This document shows positions 35,712-45,940 of a DNA stretch of 64,000 nt, piece by piece. A model generated the notes under the pieces. It searched no databases. It had not been told where the DNA came from and saw nothing but the letters and a program-made list of their open reading frames with translations. The first letter of the stretch is position 1; every line of letters starts with the position of its first letter. A program made the translations under genes and the position numbers. Source of the DNA: Candidatus Pacebacteria bacterium CG10_big_fil_rev_8_21_14_0_10_44_54. Lineage in GTDB: Bacteria > Patescibacteriota > Microgenomatia > UBA1400 > PJMF01. Where the stretch lies: positions 33,253 to 97,252 of the forward strand of contig PFDI01000001.1 in the NCBI GenBank assembly GCA_002772695.1. Direction: 5' to 3'.

Positions 35712-36815
35712 ATGAAGTTTTTAGTTTCCAAAACAACATTTCACACAACACTACAAAAGTTGCAGCGAGTACTTCCAAATAAACCACAACTACCTACTTT
35801 GGCTGCAATTCATATTTTGGTAAAAAAAAATCGAGTAATACTTACAGCCACAGACCTGTATCTAGGTATTCAAGCGCCACTTGAATCTCAGATTGAATCA
35901 GAGGGAGTGGTTGTAGTGCCGGGTAAGTTACTTCTAGCTGCCGTCAGTTCGTTTCCGGAAGGCGAGATTGTGGTAACAGAAACAGCCGGAACACTAAACC
36001 TAGTGTCTCGCGCAAGTAAGGTGAAGTTGCAAACCCTCTCACTCGAAGAATATCCAGAATTTCCCGAGGTAAGCGGAGAAAGTGTTTTGCTTGCCACAAG
36101 TGATTTACTTTCTGTTGAACAGTATGTACTACCAAGTGTTTCAAAAGACATTACTAGACCAGTGCTCACGGCGGTACAACTCGAATTGACAACAACTACT
36201 TTTCGCGCCGTTGGTACAGATGGTTTTCGTTTATCTGTGTTTGGTACAACCACCGAGTCAGAACACGCAAAGACACTACTAGCCCCCGCCCGTACACTCC
36301 TTGAATATATTAAACTTGCCCAGGCAGAGGAAGTATCCAATGTAGAGCTGCTCGTTTCGAGTAAGCTACAACAAGTATTGGCAAAAATTGGCGACGTATT
36401 GGTATTTTCTCGACTTGTTACGGGGGAGTATCCACCATTCGAACAGATTATTCCCAGTGAAAGTACGACAGAAGTTGTTTGTGAAGCCGATGAGTTGCTC
36501 GAGCAGGTGCGACGAGCACACGTGTTAACCAGCGGTTCTTCACATATAGTGCAGTTTCGTATTTCACCTGAATTAGTTGAGATTTCTACCCCGACGACAA
36601 CAGAGGGCTCGTTTGAAGGAGTGTTAACCTCAGCAAAAGTGACAGGAAATCCATTGAAAATAGCCTTTAATGCTGTGTATTTACTTGATATGTTAAAACA
36701 ATTTTCATCACAAGAATTGCGTCTTGGTATGACTGAGGCACTAAAACCAGTGATTTTTCGCTCTCAAACGCTTTCATCGTTTCTCTACGTCGTTATGCCA
36801 TTTCGAGTGGTATAA
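35712..36815 (+). CDS. dnaN: DNA polymerase III beta sliding clamp
   Basis: 367 aa with a three-domain clamp-like sequence. Canonical position after dnaA. Confidence 0.8.
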   Translation: MKFLVSKTTFHTTLQKLQRVLPNKPQLPTLAAIHILVKKNRVILTATDLYLGIQAPLESQIESEGVVVVPGKLLLAAVSSFPEGEIVVTETAGTLNLVSRASKVKLQTLSLEEYPEFPEVSGESVLLATSDLLSVEQYVLPSVSKDITRPVLTAVQLELTTTTFRAVGTDGFRLSVFGTTTESEHAKTLLAPARTLLEYIKLAQAEEVSNVELLVSSKLQQVLAKIGDVLVFSRLVTGEYPPFEQIIPSESTTEVVCEADELLEQVRRAHVLTSGSSHIVQFRISPELVEISTPTTTEGSFEGVLTSAKVTGNPLKIAFNAVYLLDMLKQFSSQELRLGMTEALKPVIFRSQTLSSFLYVVMPFRVV

Positions 36816-36825
36816 TTCGCACTCT

Positions 36826-36966
36826 ATGTCAAAAAGAACTTTTCAACCAAAAAAAAAGAAACGAGTCAGAAAACATGGCTTTTTAGCAAGAATGAGGTCT
36901 ATTGGTGGTAGAGCGACAATCAAGCGACGTCGAGCAAAAGGTCGCAGTTCACTCGCTGTTTCGTAG
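36826..36966 (+). CDS. rpmH: 50S ribosomal protein L34. Below the ORF-track length cut-off, so found by eye.
   Basis: Translates to [46 protein letters not shown]. Confidence 0.85.
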   Translation: MSKRTFQPKKKKRVRKHGFLARMRSIGGRATIKRRRAKGRSSLAVS

Positions 36967-36969
36967 TTT

Positions 36970-37317
36970 ATGCTTAAAAAACGCAATCGATTGCGCTTGC
37001 GCCAAGAAAAAAACTTTTTTTCTCAAGCAGTCCGTTTTCCTTTGTCCGGATACAGCTTATTTATTCGCAACAAAGTTTGTAAACAACCACAAATTGCGGT
37101 GGTAGTAGGAAAAAAGATAGCGCCGCTCGCTTCGAGAAGACAAGTGATTTTGCGCAAAGCTCGAGTTTGCTGCGGGCGGGCAATTAGAAGTTCTCTACTC
37201 GCTCCGCTAGAGTATGTGCTCGTACTCAAAAAAGAATTTGTTCGATTGCCAGAAAAACAAGTAGTTCAGGAGTTGCAAGAAAAAGCGAACAAGGTATACT
37301 CCTCGACAGGAAAATAA
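36970..37317 (+). CDS. rnpA: RNase P protein component
   Basis: LKKRNRLRLRQEKNFF... basic N-terminus typical of RnpA. Position directly after rpmH. Confidence 0.75.
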   Translation: MLKKRNRLRLRQEKNFFSQAVRFPLSGYSLFIRNKVCKQPQIAVVVGKKIAPLASRRQVILRKARVCCGRAIRSSLLAPLEYVLVLKKEFVRLPEKQVVQELQEKANKVYSSTGK

Positions 37318-37499
37318 TGTTGCTTGCGTTCTATTCATTTACCAGAGCATTTCGTCAAGCTGTGCTTACAAGTATGTTTGGCGTGGTAATACCTTGCAAA
37401 CATACACCAACATGTGGGCAGCGCATGCTTGTTGCAGTGCGAACACACTCATGGAGCGCAATGCTCCAGGCAGGAAAACAATTAGTAACTTGTATATAA
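37317..37499 (+). CDS. yidD: Membrane protein insertion efficiency factor YidD
   Basis: CKHTPTCGQRMLVAVRTHSWSAMLQAGKQLVTC resembles the YidD Cys motif. Position between rnpA and yidC. Confidence 0.55.
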   Translation: MLLAFYSFTRAFRQAVLTSMFGVVIPCKHTPTCGQRMLVAVRTHSWSAMLQAGKQLVTCI

Positions 37500-37504
37500 C
37501 TTTT

Positions 37505-38251
37505 ATGCAGTGGATTACACAACTTTTTACTTTTGGCATCGTTGAGTTTTATACCCTAACCGGCAATCTTGGTTGGGCAATCATTATTTTTACCCTCTTG
37601 TTGAGATCACTACTCTTTCCCCTCAGTCTTTCGTCTCAACGAGCAATGCAAAAAATGCGCGAGCTTCAGCCAGCACTCGACAAACTCAAAACAAAGCATG
37701 GCAAAGATAAAAAAGCTATACAGCAAGCACAACTTGAGTTATACCAAAAAAATAAAGTTAATCCAGTAGCCGGTTGCATTCCTCAAATTATCCAGCTGGT
37801 TATTCTGATTGTTTTATATAGGTTTTTCCTCGATTTTCTTGGCCATGATGTTAGTAATGGCGTGACGATCAACCCAACTTTTTATTGGCTCGATCTGCGT
37901 CATCCCGACTCACTGTACATTTTGCCGATACTTGCAGGATTAACACAATTGGTGTTGTCGCTTATGATGGCGCCGCTCAAGAGTCCTGAAGCCAAAAAGC
38001 ACAAGTCGACCAAAAAAGAGCCGGCTCCAGAAGGTATTGCAGATATGGCACAAACCATGCAGAAGCAAATGGTTTTTATGATGCCGCTGTTTACTGCTTT
38101 TATTGCGCTACAGTTTCCATCAGGGCTCGCGCTTTACTGGGTTGTAACGACTATTTTTAGTATTATTCAGCAGTATTATGTTTCAGGTTTTGATAGTCTA
38201 AAGCAACAAGTGTCTGGAGCACTACAGAAGATACAAGGAGCTAGATCATGA
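37505..38251 (+). CDS. yidC: YidC/Oxa1-family membrane insertase, short form. The ORF-track start at 37394 overlaps yidD, so ATG 37505 is more likely.
   Basis: Multi-transmembrane segments with a conserved polar segment (QKNKVNPVAGCIPQIIQLVILIVLYRFF). Position in the rnpA-yidC-jag cluster. Confidence 0.75.
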   Translation: MQWITQLFTFGIVEFYTLTGNLGWAIIIFTLLLRSLLFPLSLSSQRAMQKMRELQPALDKLKTKHGKDKKAIQQAQLELYQKNKVNPVAGCIPQIIQLVILIVLYRFFLDFLGHDVSNGVTINPTFYWLDLRHPDSLYILPILAGLTQLVLSLMMAPLKSPEAKKHKSTKKEPAPEGIADMAQTMQKQMVFMMPLFTAFIALQFPSGLALYWVVTTIFSIIQQYYVSGFDSLKQQVSGALQKIQGARS

Positions 38252-38709
38252 CGACAAAAACTTTTTTGACACAACTTTGTGAACATTGTGGACTAACCAC
38301 AGACTCTGTCTCGTATTCCGAAGAGCAGGTTGAAAATACTAAAAAAATTACACTCACTGTTCCCGAAGAAGACTCGGGCTTATTCATCGGCTTTCACGGC
38401 GAGACACTCGACTCACTACAACGATTATTGCGCATAATTTTTCAGGAATCTGCAGATGAAAAAATTATTGTAAACATAAATGATTATCGCCAACAACGAG
38501 AGACACACCTACAAGAATTGACAAAATTAGCGGTTGAGCGAGTGTTGCAAGGTGAGTCGGTGTACACTTTTCATTCTTATTTACCAGCTTATGAGCGATT
38601 TATTATTCATACTGCCTTGGCGGAAATCCCGGAGGCAGCAGAATTAGAAAGCGTTTCGACTGGCAGTGGTAGAGACCGACGGCTGAGTATCCAGCGCAAA
38701 CAAGCATGA
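38248..38709 (+). CDS. jag: Jag/KhpB-like RNA-binding protein (KH + R3H)
   Basis: C-terminal R3H-like segment TFHSYLPAYERFIIHTALAEIPEAAELESVSTGSGRDRRLSIQRK. Position after yidC. Confidence 0.65.
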   Translation: MTTKTFLTQLCEHCGLTTDSVSYSEEQVENTKKITLTVPEEDSGLFIGFHGETLDSLQRLLRIIFQESADEKIIVNINDYRQQRETHLQELTKLAVERVLQGESVYTFHSYLPAYERFIIHTALAEIPEAAELESVSTGSGRDRRLSIQRKQA

Positions 38710-39119
38710 AACTATGCGTGTTTTCGGATGGCGGATCTCGAGGTAATCCAGGTCCAGCGGCAGTTGGCGTTGTGTGTTATCAGGATAAGAAAATTGTATT
38801 TGAGTTTGGCAAGCTGTTGGGAGAAACAACCAATAATGTAGCTGAATATACTGCAGTTATTGAAGGACTGAAACGATTACAAAAGCTTTTGGAGAGTAAT
38901 TCTGGGGTAACGCAAGTACTGTGGCAGCTTGATTCAAAACTTGTGGTGGAACAGCTCGCGCGCCGCTGGAAGATTAAAGAACCACACTTACAACAGCTCG
39001 CAACAACATGTTGGCAGGCCCTTGATGAACTAAAAATTCCTTGCACTTTTGTCCACATTCCTCGAGAAAAAAATTCATATGCTGATGGTTTAGTCAACAC
39101 CGCACTCGACGCACCTTAG
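38706..39119 (+). CDS. rnhA: Ribonuclease HI
   Basis: CVFSDGGSRGNPGPAAVGVV...NNVAEYTAVIEGL...HIPREKNSYADGL catalytic DEDD-type motifs. Confidence 0.75.
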   Translation: MKLCVFSDGGSRGNPGPAAVGVVCYQDKKIVFEFGKLLGETTNNVAEYTAVIEGLKRLQKLLESNSGVTQVLWQLDSKLVVEQLARRWKIKEPHLQQLATTCWQALDELKIPCTFVHIPREKNSYADGLVNTALDAP

Positions 39120-39145
39120 TCGCTCAACTATACTTCTTAAAAGAT

Positions 39146-41980
39146 ATGTCTGCCCTCCTTACGCAAGCGATCAGCGATCAGCCTGAAGTGATTTTTTTTA
39201 GCGATGACACTTTACTCGCGAAGCAAATTACCACAAAACTACAAACACAAGGCTTGACGGTGCGTAGTTTTGGTTTTAGCGAAATTAGAGATGCCGCCAT
39301 TGTCTCTTTGTGTGAAACTGCCTATAAAACAATTTTTTTGCTTGAACCAACCAAAAAAAATTTACTCGAAAAAATTGCTCAAAACATCCCACAACAAGTC
39401 TTGGCTCAATGCATTGTTCCTGTAATTACGCCCTGTTTTTCGAGCGCACCAAAACTGCAGTTTTGGCAAAAAGTCAGCCACCTTCAGGCAGATTTCTTGT
39501 CACAGCTTAATTATCTACTGCCAAACACGCAGTGTATTTTTTTGCGAGATTGTATCGATATCCCTATCGTCTCACCACTGGCTGAGGTGTTTTCACAACT
39601 GCCAGCGCAACAACTTCTACTTCCAGAACTGAGTATTGCTCCAACCAAACTGTCGGTGTCATTGGAAGAAATACAACGAGCGATTTTTCACCCCACTCGA
39701 TCAAGTATTCTAATTCAGGGCACCGAGGTATCTGGCGCAGCGTTTTTTGCCCAGGCGATTGAGATATATTCACGCATCCATCAGTGTAAGTTACAAACAA
39801 GTGTTACACCAGTTGAAACAACCACAACAATTCCTTTCTACGTTGTGGTCGAAGAAGTAGAGATAAATTTAGAAAGTCTCAGTACCGAATATATTAAGAC
39901 ACTCCCCTCACCACAACACTGGCGACCACTTTTTTCTTTGGCAAGCGAACAAAAGAAGACCGAAGTAGTCGAATCACAAGCTGCTACTTATCCTGAGCCC
40001 GCACCCCCTCCAGCTGTCAAAAAATTTTCACCATCAGTAGCGACCAACGTAGTGTCGGATATTACTTCGCTGTTTACTCTCTCACATCAAAAGCACCAAG
40101 CTGTTCGTTCTAAAGAAGTGAGTACAGTTGAGAAAAAAATCTCTAAAAAAAAGAAAAAAAACACCGCACTTTTTTTACTCGGCTTGGTTTCAACCGGAGT
40201 TACCTTGGGAACCTTGTTTTTAGCCGGGTTTTTTTGGTTGAGCGTTTTTTTGACCGAGCGAACAGTTTTACAAGAACTTGCCAACTTGTTTTCTGATTCA
40301 GGTGAACAAGCTGAGACAGGAGGTTGGAGTCAGCGTTGGAACTCGCTTTTAGCTGTACAAGCAGACAGCTATGGTTCTATTCTTGATATAGCACTCGTCT
40401 CAAAAGCAGAAAAAATTCTTGCGGTGGCAGCAGTGCTTCAGTCATATAGAGAGCTTGTGCCACAAGCTCGTCAAACAGAACAAACTCTTGTACAACACTT
40501 GTTTGGACAAACTGATAGCGATCTAAGTCTATTAGCCCAAAATGCCACAACTCAGTCGCAAAGCAGCTATGAATTACTTGCCACATTAGAATCAGAATTA
40601 AGCGGTGTTTTGAGTGAGACAGAGGAACACAAACAATTGCAGACAAAACTTACCAACACCCTGCTTGAACTACGAGGCGAAGTAGCCTTAAGCCAACAGA
40701 TTACTCCCCTACTTCCTGCAATGGGTGGAATCAGAAGCAAGCAGACCTACGCTGTTTTATTTCAAAATAGCCAAGAGTTACGTCCTACTGGTGGATTTTT
40801 ACAGAGCATTGCCTTTGTCACCCTAGCGCAAGGTTCGGTTATAGATGTACAAACAATTGGTAGTTACGAGCTAGACGCTGCTATTGGCGGCGTAGTTACG
40901 CCGCCGCAGGACATAGAGCGATTATTGGGCGAGTCAAATTGGTTTGCTCGTGATGCCAATTGGGACCCTGATTTTCCAAGTACTGCCACCACAATTCGAT
41001 GGTTTGTTGATCGCGCTCGCAATATCCAGCTCTCTGGAGTGCTCGCGCTCGACACCCAGGGAATGGCAGAAATAATCGAGGCGCTTGGACCAGTAGATTT
41101 GCCAGAGTATAACGAGGTTATAACCCACAAAAACTTATTTGAGCGACTTGAGTATCATTCAGAAGCCGTTTTGGTTCCAGAGAGTGGTGCCAAAGACTAC
41201 TCTGCTGCCCTACTTGACCGAGTACTGCAAAAAATTCTTGCAGCGCCAGTTGAGAAATTTCCTACTCTACTTCAAAGCACTCGCTTGGCAGCCGAAGGGC
41301 AACACCTTCTTTTTTCGTTTACCGACGAGACACAGCAGTCTGCTTTTACGGCCCTGGGTTGGAGCGGCAGCATCTTACACCCCCCCTGCCCTTCACAGCT
41401 GACGGCTACCACCTGTGTGGTTGATCCACTTTATCAAGTTGAAGCCAATGTTGGGGTTAATAAGGCCAACTATTACCTGACGAGAGCTATTTCACATCAA
41501 GTTGCACTCAGCACGACCCAAGCACTTCACACACGGATTGTCGAGTATAACAACACCGCCCAATCAAACTCTTGGCCCAAGGGTCCTTACAAGGCATATG
41601 TTCGCTATTATCTAGCACCAAACTCCGAATTTTCTCAATTACTTGTCAACGGATCGCCTATTTCGGTGCAAAACTTAGTCGTTAGCCGAGAACACGGTCG
41701 TACTTTGGTTGGCGCAACAATCACAGTACCAGTTGGAGCTTCTGTGACAACACAACTGGAATACGTTACCCCACTAACCACCAAGAGTGGTTCGTCTGCA
41801 TACGTCTTTTTCAATCAAAAACAACCCGGCACCAACGCGGCTCCGTTGGCAGTTACTTTGTCGTATCCACCCGAGCTGCAGCCTGAAAAGATAGCGCCAC
41901 AAGCCGAAGTAACTGATACAGCAATTATTTTTAGTGACAAAGAAGAAAAAAGCCGTATGTATGGCGCTAAATTCTTCTAA
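39146..41980 (+). CDS. Large membrane-anchored envelope protein with a C-terminal DUF4012-like domain
   Basis: Cytoplasmic N-terminal region of about 330 aa, a single transmembrane helix (TALFLLGLVSTGVTLGTLFLAGFFWLSVFL), then an extracytoplasmic region including GGFLQSIAFVTLAQGSVIDVQTIGSYELD...WDPDFPSTATTIRWFVD. Confidence 0.45.
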   Translation: MSALLTQAISDQPEVIFFSDDTLLAKQITTKLQTQGLTVRSFGFSEIRDAAIVSLCETAYKTIFLLEPTKKNLLEKIAQNIPQQVLAQCIVPVITPCFSSAPKLQFWQKVSHLQADFLSQLNYLLPNTQCIFLRDCIDIPIVSPLAEVFSQLPAQQLLLPELSIAPTKLSVSLEEIQRAIFHPTRSSILIQGTEVSGAAFFAQAIEIYSRIHQCKLQTSVTPVETTTTIPFYVVVEEVEINLESLSTEYIKTLPSPQHWRPLFSLASEQKKTEVVESQAATYPEPAPPPAVKKFSPSVATNVVSDITSLFTLSHQKHQAVRSKEVSTVEKKISKKKKKNTALFLLGLVSTGVTLGTLFLAGFFWLSVFLTERTVLQELANLFSDSGEQAETGGWSQRWNSLLAVQADSYGSILDIALVSKAEKILAVAAVLQSYRELVPQARQTEQTLVQHLFGQTDSDLSLLAQNATTQSQSSYELLATLESELSGVLSETEEHKQLQTKLTNTLLELRGEVALSQQITPLLPAMGGIRSKQTYAVLFQNSQELRPTGGFLQSIAFVTLAQGSVIDVQTIGSYELDAAIGGVVTPPQDIERLLGESNWFARDANWDPDFPSTATTIRWFVDRARNIQLSGVLALDTQGMAEIIEALGPVDLPEYNEVITHKNLFERLEYHSEAVLVPESGAKDYSAALLDRVLQKILAAPVEKFPTLLQSTRLAAEGQHLLFSFTDETQQSAFTALGWSGSILHPPCPSQLTATTCVVDPLYQVEANVGVNKANYYLTRAISHQVALSTTQALHTRIVEYNNTAQSNSWPKGPYKAYVRYYLAPNSEFSQLLVNGSPISVQNLVVSREHGRTLVGATITVPVGASVTTQLEYVTPLTTKSGSSAYVFFNQKQPGTNAAPLAVTLSYPPELQPEKIAPQAEVTDTAIIFSDKEEKSRMYGAKFF

Positions 41981-42013
41981 ATGTAAGGCTCTACACTTGG
42001 TGTAAGAAAGTAG

Positions 42014-42022
42014 TGATATAAT
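42014..42022 (+). promoter_or_regulatory. Extended -10 promoter TGaTATAAT upstream of rplY
   Basis: agtgatataat is located about 30 nt upstream of ATG 42053. Confidence 0.4.
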
Positions 42023-42052
42023 GCGCCAGGACCCTCCGTTAAGCAAAAAATT

Positions 42053-42742
42053 ATGACAAAAAACACTGCGGCCTATAAATTTCACGTTTCATCTCGAGAT
42101 ATCAAAACAGATTCTATTGGCAATATGGCAAAAAATGGTGATATACCAGCCAATATTTTTGGTTTATCAAAACCGTCTATTTCGGTAAAATGTGCCAAAC
42201 AACTAGTACAAAAGCAACAAGAAGACCTCGAATCGGGTCTTTTGTATGTCGTTTTGGATACAAAAGAAGAAATCCCGGTTTTACTAGAAGAAATTCAAAA
42301 ACACCCGGTCACAAAAGAGCCACAACACGTGACCTTTAAACGTGTAAATTTGTCTGAGAAGATCGAAGCAGACGTACCACTTGAGATTATAGGGACGTGT
42401 GAGGTTAAAAATGCCAACGTGCTGTTGGTTCGAGACGAGCTGCCAATCGAAGCATTGCCATCCAATATTCCAGAGAATATTACCATTGATATCTCTGTCC
42501 TCACAGAAATTGGACAAACACTTGGCGTCGCAGATTTGCAGTTTGATCGAGCCAGCATCGCACTTAAGTTGTCAGAAGAAGAACTTGGGGCACCGCTCGT
42601 GATTGTGCAAGAACAAAAAGAGGAAGTTGTAGAGGAAACCGTGGCTCAGGATGAGGATGTTGAAAATCATCCAGAAACGCCAGATTCTAAAACCGAAGAC
42701 GCAACCTCACAAGAAGCACCTACTTCACAAGCCAAAGAGTAA
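42053..42742 (+). CDS. rplY: 50S ribosomal protein L25 / general stress protein Ctc form, with an acidic C-terminal tail
   Basis: L25-like beta-barrel N-terminal region and a Ctc-type extension ending in a Glu/Asp-rich tail. Confidence 0.55.
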   Translation: MTKNTAAYKFHVSSRDIKTDSIGNMAKNGDIPANIFGLSKPSISVKCAKQLVQKQQEDLESGLLYVVLDTKEEIPVLLEEIQKHPVTKEPQHVTFKRVNLSEKIEADVPLEIIGTCEVKNANVLLVRDELPIEALPSNIPENITIDISVLTEIGQTLGVADLQFDRASIALKLSEEELGAPLVIVQEQKEEVVEETVAQDEDVENHPETPDSKTEDATSQEAPTSQAKE

Positions 42743-42748
42743 GTTTTT

Positions 42749-43183
42749 TTAGTCACGAATAATTTTTTGAGAAGACCAAGTGTTGTTTGCTGCTCGGTTA
42801 AAGTAGTATTCAGACTCTCGAGTATTGCCAAGAGCTTCGTAGATAATCCCAATGTTGAGGAGTGTTTGTGCGTGAGTCGGTTGTTGTTTTTCTAATTCCA
42901 AAAAAAAATCCAGCTGTTCTTTGAGCTCGCTTGGACTGAGGCGATATGTCTTACTTGCTGGTTCGGTGTGGATTGCTAGAACAACTGGAGCAGGGGATTC
43001 AAGCGCTGTCTCGAGAACCTTAACTCCTTGTAGTACCGCAATTGCAGTTACGAGCAAAACAACTCCCGTTGAAACAAGTAGGAGTTTGCGCTGTGCCAGC
43101 TCAGCCAAGCAAAGACGAGAGAGAAAAGTACAAATAGACCAGACTAACTGGGTTGAGTGCCAGAGAGAGGCGAGCCAATTCAT
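42749..43183 (-). CDS. Small membrane-anchored TPR-like protein. The ORF-track start at 43405 overlaps valS, so Met near 43183 is more likely.
   Basis: N-terminal transmembrane helix (LLVSTGVVLLVTAIAVL) and a C-terminal TPR-like helix pair (TLLNIGIIYEALGNTRESEYYFNRAAN). Confidence 0.4.
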   Translation of the reverse strand: MNWLASLWHSTQLVWSICTFLSRLCLAELAQRKLLLVSTGVVLLVTAIAVLQGVKVLETALESPAPVVLAIHTEPASKTYRLSPSELKEQLDFFLELEKQQPTHAQTLLNIGIIYEALGNTRESEYYFNRAANNTWSSQKIIRD

Positions 43184-43218
43184 GGGTTCAGTATAGCAGT
43201 CTTGAGTGCTTCTCGTCG

Positions 43219-45444
43219 TTAGGTGGGCCAAGCGCTGTTGATGAGCAGCGAGTCTGGGCATAGTTCTCGCCAACAGACCTCGGTCACAAACGGCATGAAG
43301 GGGTGGAGTAGTTGCAGGAAGGTTTGTAGGGTAGCGCTCAGGCAGGTAGTTGAGATTTCTGCCTTTTTGTGTGACTCGATACAGTCGTCGCAAAACCAAT
43401 GCCAAAATGCGTCGTATGTGACATCAGCGGCTACACCAATTTTTCGAGTGAGTAACAATTTCGTCAGTTTGCTGCTCAGTTGCGCACGTTTTTTTTCTAC
43501 CACCACATCACCTGGAGCAGTGGGGGAGTCTTCTCGATCTTGTAGTAAGACATAGCGGGTGGCATTCCAGATTTTGTTCGTCAAGTTGCGCATTGCAATG
43601 AAGTCGCGCTCACCAACTGACTTATCAATACCTGGAGTAGAGCGGATAACAAGCGCCATACGAACCGCATCAGCACCATATTTTTCGACCATGTCGAGGG
43701 GATTGACGACATTTCCCTTGCTTTTACTCATTTTTTTGCCGTGGCTGTCGCGGACAAGGCCGTGCAAATACACTTCGCTGAAGGGAGATTTTCCGGTCAG
43801 GTAGATACCAAGGAGCATCATACGCATGACCCAAAAGGGCAAAATATCATAGCCAGTTTCCATGAGGGTGGTAGGGTAGAAGCGTGCAAAATCTCCCTGC
43901 TTGGTAGTCTTGAGGGTGGTGACTGGCCACTGGGCAGAAGAAAACCACGTGTCAAAAGTATCTGTTTCTGGGAGGTAGTTGTGGCTGTTGCTTGGTGCTG
44001 TATCACCGACTTGGTAGGGAACACTCGCATCTGCCAAAAGACTTTGCAAACCTTTTTTGATGGTGGCAATGCTATATTTTTTGAGTAATTCCCCAAGTGT
44101 TCCAGAGGTGTATTCTCCTTTTTTGTTTAAAAATGAAACAGTAATGGCTGCCTCGTACCCGTCAGTTTGGTACCAAACTGGCATGCGAATTCCCCACACT
44201 ATTTGACGACTGATATTCCAATCATGCAAGTTGGTAAGCCAGTGTTTGAGAATTTTTTCTCGTCCGGCGCCGTAGATTTTGGTTTCTTTGTTAGCGAGTG
44301 CTCGAAGCGCTGCTTTAGTCAAGCTGTTGTTTGGCTTATTGACCGAAACAAAAAATTGTGGCAGGGGCAGTGGCTCGATTACCCGGGAGCATTTATAGCA
44401 AATCTTAACAGTATTTTTATATGATGTATCAATCTTTTCTATCAATCCTTGTGTTTGTAAATCTGCCACTATCTGTATTCGTGCCTCAGCCACCTTGAGG
44501 CCTGCATATTTGCCCGCCAACTCAGTTAATTTGCCCTCACGAGTGATCGCGATGTGTGCGGGTAGTTTGTGTTTTTGGGCAACTGCAAAATCATTGGCGT
44601 CGTGCGCAGGGGTGAGTTTTACGATGCCGGTGCCAAATTTTGGATCGACAAATTCGTCGGCGATAATACTCATCGGTTTTTGGGTGAGTGGGTTGCACAC
44701 TTGTTTGCCAATCAATTGCCGGTGTTTTTTATCTTTGGGATGGACGGCCAAATGTGTGTCAGCAAAGATCGGCTCTGGCCTGGTGGTAGCTACTACAATG
44801 TGTTCTTTGGGAGAGTCGAGGAGGGGATAGCGCACATAGTAGAGGTTGGTGGTTTGTTCGAGTGATTGAACCTCAAGCTCCGAGTAACTAGTGCCGCATT
44901 TGGTGCAGTAGTTTACAAGTCGTATATCACGATATATCAATCCGTCTTCATGCATTTTTGTAAACGTCTCTTTGGTCAGCCGTACCACATCATCGTCGAG
45001 CATAAACTTGAAGCGCGACCAGTCGCAGCTGGCACCTAGTTTTTTTATTTGATCGACCGCGGTGTTTGAATTATCTTGGACATACTGCCAAATCATTTGA
45101 TAGAGTGTTTTGCGGTCAAATTGAAAGCGGGATTTGCCTTGTTTTTGTAGTTTTTTTTCGAAAACAAACTGAGTTTCAATGCCAGCGTGGTCGGTGCCAG
45201 GAAGCCAGAGCGTGTCGTCGCCACGCATGCGGTGAAAACGTGTCAGTGTATCTTCAAGCGCCACAAACATGGCATGGCCAATGTGGAGCGGGTCATTGGC
45301 ATTTGGTGGTGGCATAATAATAGAAAAAGGCTTGGTTTTTCCATTCTTTTTTTGCTTATTATGGTCGGGATTGAATGCTTGTGCTTGCTGCCAAAGGTCA
45401 TAGATTTTTTGCTCGTGTTCCTCTGGGATGTAGCGCGTTTGCAT
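43219..45444 (-). CDS. valS: Valyl-tRNA synthetase (short form lacking the C-terminal coiled coil)
   Basis: Class I HIGH motif PPPNANDPLHIGHA. LWLPGTDHAGIETQ. KMSKSKGN motif. Editing-domain region. Confidence 0.8.
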   Translation of the reverse strand: MQTRYIPEEHEQKIYDLWQQAQAFNPDHNKQKKNGKTKPFSIIMPPPNANDPLHIGHAMFVALEDTLTRFHRMRGDDTLWLPGTDHAGIETQFVFEKKLQKQGKSRFQFDRKTLYQMIWQYVQDNSNTAVDQIKKLGASCDWSRFKFMLDDDVVRLTKETFTKMHEDGLIYRDIRLVNYCTKCGTSYSELEVQSLEQTTNLYYVRYPLLDSPKEHIVVATTRPEPIFADTHLAVHPKDKKHRQLIGKQVCNPLTQKPMSIIADEFVDPKFGTGIVKLTPAHDANDFAVAQKHKLPAHIAITREGKLTELAGKYAGLKVAEARIQIVADLQTQGLIEKIDTSYKNTVKICYKCSRVIEPLPLPQFFVSVNKPNNSLTKAALRALANKETKIYGAGREKILKHWLTNLHDWNISRQIVWGIRMPVWYQTDGYEAAITVSFLNKKGEYTSGTLGELLKKYSIATIKKGLQSLLADASVPYQVGDTAPSNSHNYLPETDTFDTWFSSAQWPVTTLKTTKQGDFARFYPTTLMETGYDILPFWVMRMMLLGIYLTGKSPFSEVYLHGLVRDSHGKKMSKSKGNVVNPLDMVEKYGADAVRMALVIRSTPGIDKSVGERDFIAMRNLTNKIWNATRYVLLQDREDSPTAPGDVVVEKKRAQLSSKLTKLLLTRKIGVAADVTYDAFWHWFCDDCIESHKKAEISTTCLSATLQTFLQLLHPFMPFVTEVCWRELCPDSLLINSAWPT

Positions 45445-45529
45445 GGAGGTATTGTAGCAGGTGGAATGAACGTCGTTCTAAACAAATAGCGGATAATTAT
45501 AGGATTTCTTTTGAAACTTTCATTCTAGA

Positions 45530-45940
45530 TCAAAATAACAGAAGTGATTGCTGTAGTTTTGCCAACCGAAGTTTGGCGATGTGAGAAAAGTGTTTGGTGT
45601 TGAGCGTCGCCAGCTGAGAGTTATGTTCTAATGCTGTTGCAGCGATTGCGGCGTCTGCAAAAGTAATCGCTACAGACGTATCTCGAGCAAGTTCTCCTGC
45701 TCGTTTTGCGATTTTTGTATCGCACTCGAGCACAAGTAAGGGCTTGATGATTTTATACAATGCCGCAAGCTTTCTTGCGTTTTTAGTACTTTTCCCTTCA
45801 AACAACTCTTGAATTGAAATGACCGACAAGCCAAGCTTTGCATCGGGATATTTACTTGTTAGATACTCTAATTCAGATTGTTGAGCAGCTTCTTGCAAGC
45901 GTAAGTGATCGATAATTATATTGGTGTCCAAGACTACCAT
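45530..45940 (-). CDS. vapC: PIN-domain toxin (VapC-like)
   Basis: MVVLDTNIIIDHL... and a C-terminal TLNTKHFSHI PIN signature. Overlaps the upstream antitoxin by 7 nt. Confidence 0.65.
   Translation of the reverse strand: MVVLDTNIIIDHLRLQEAAQQSELEYLTSKYPDAKLGLSVISIQELFEGKSTKNARKLAALYKIIKPLLVLECDTKIAKRAGELARDTSVAITFADAAIAATALEHNSQLATLNTKHFSHIAKLRLAKLQQSLLLF

Noticed and set aside
42899-42907. A9 homopolymer, plus several A7-A8 tracts at 40132-40165, 16551-16560 and 36849-36858
   Set aside because: They are consistent with AT-rich, Lys-rich codon usage (AAA/AAG runs) inside coding sequence. There is no evidence of slipped-strand regulation, and similar tracts occur in housekeeping genes such as rpmH.
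43219-45444. valS looks C-terminally short (741 aa)
   Set aside because: The catalytic core, editing domain and KMSKS are all present. Absence of the C-terminal coiled-coil occurs in reduced genomes. There is no evidence of truncation by a frameshift in the downstream sequence.
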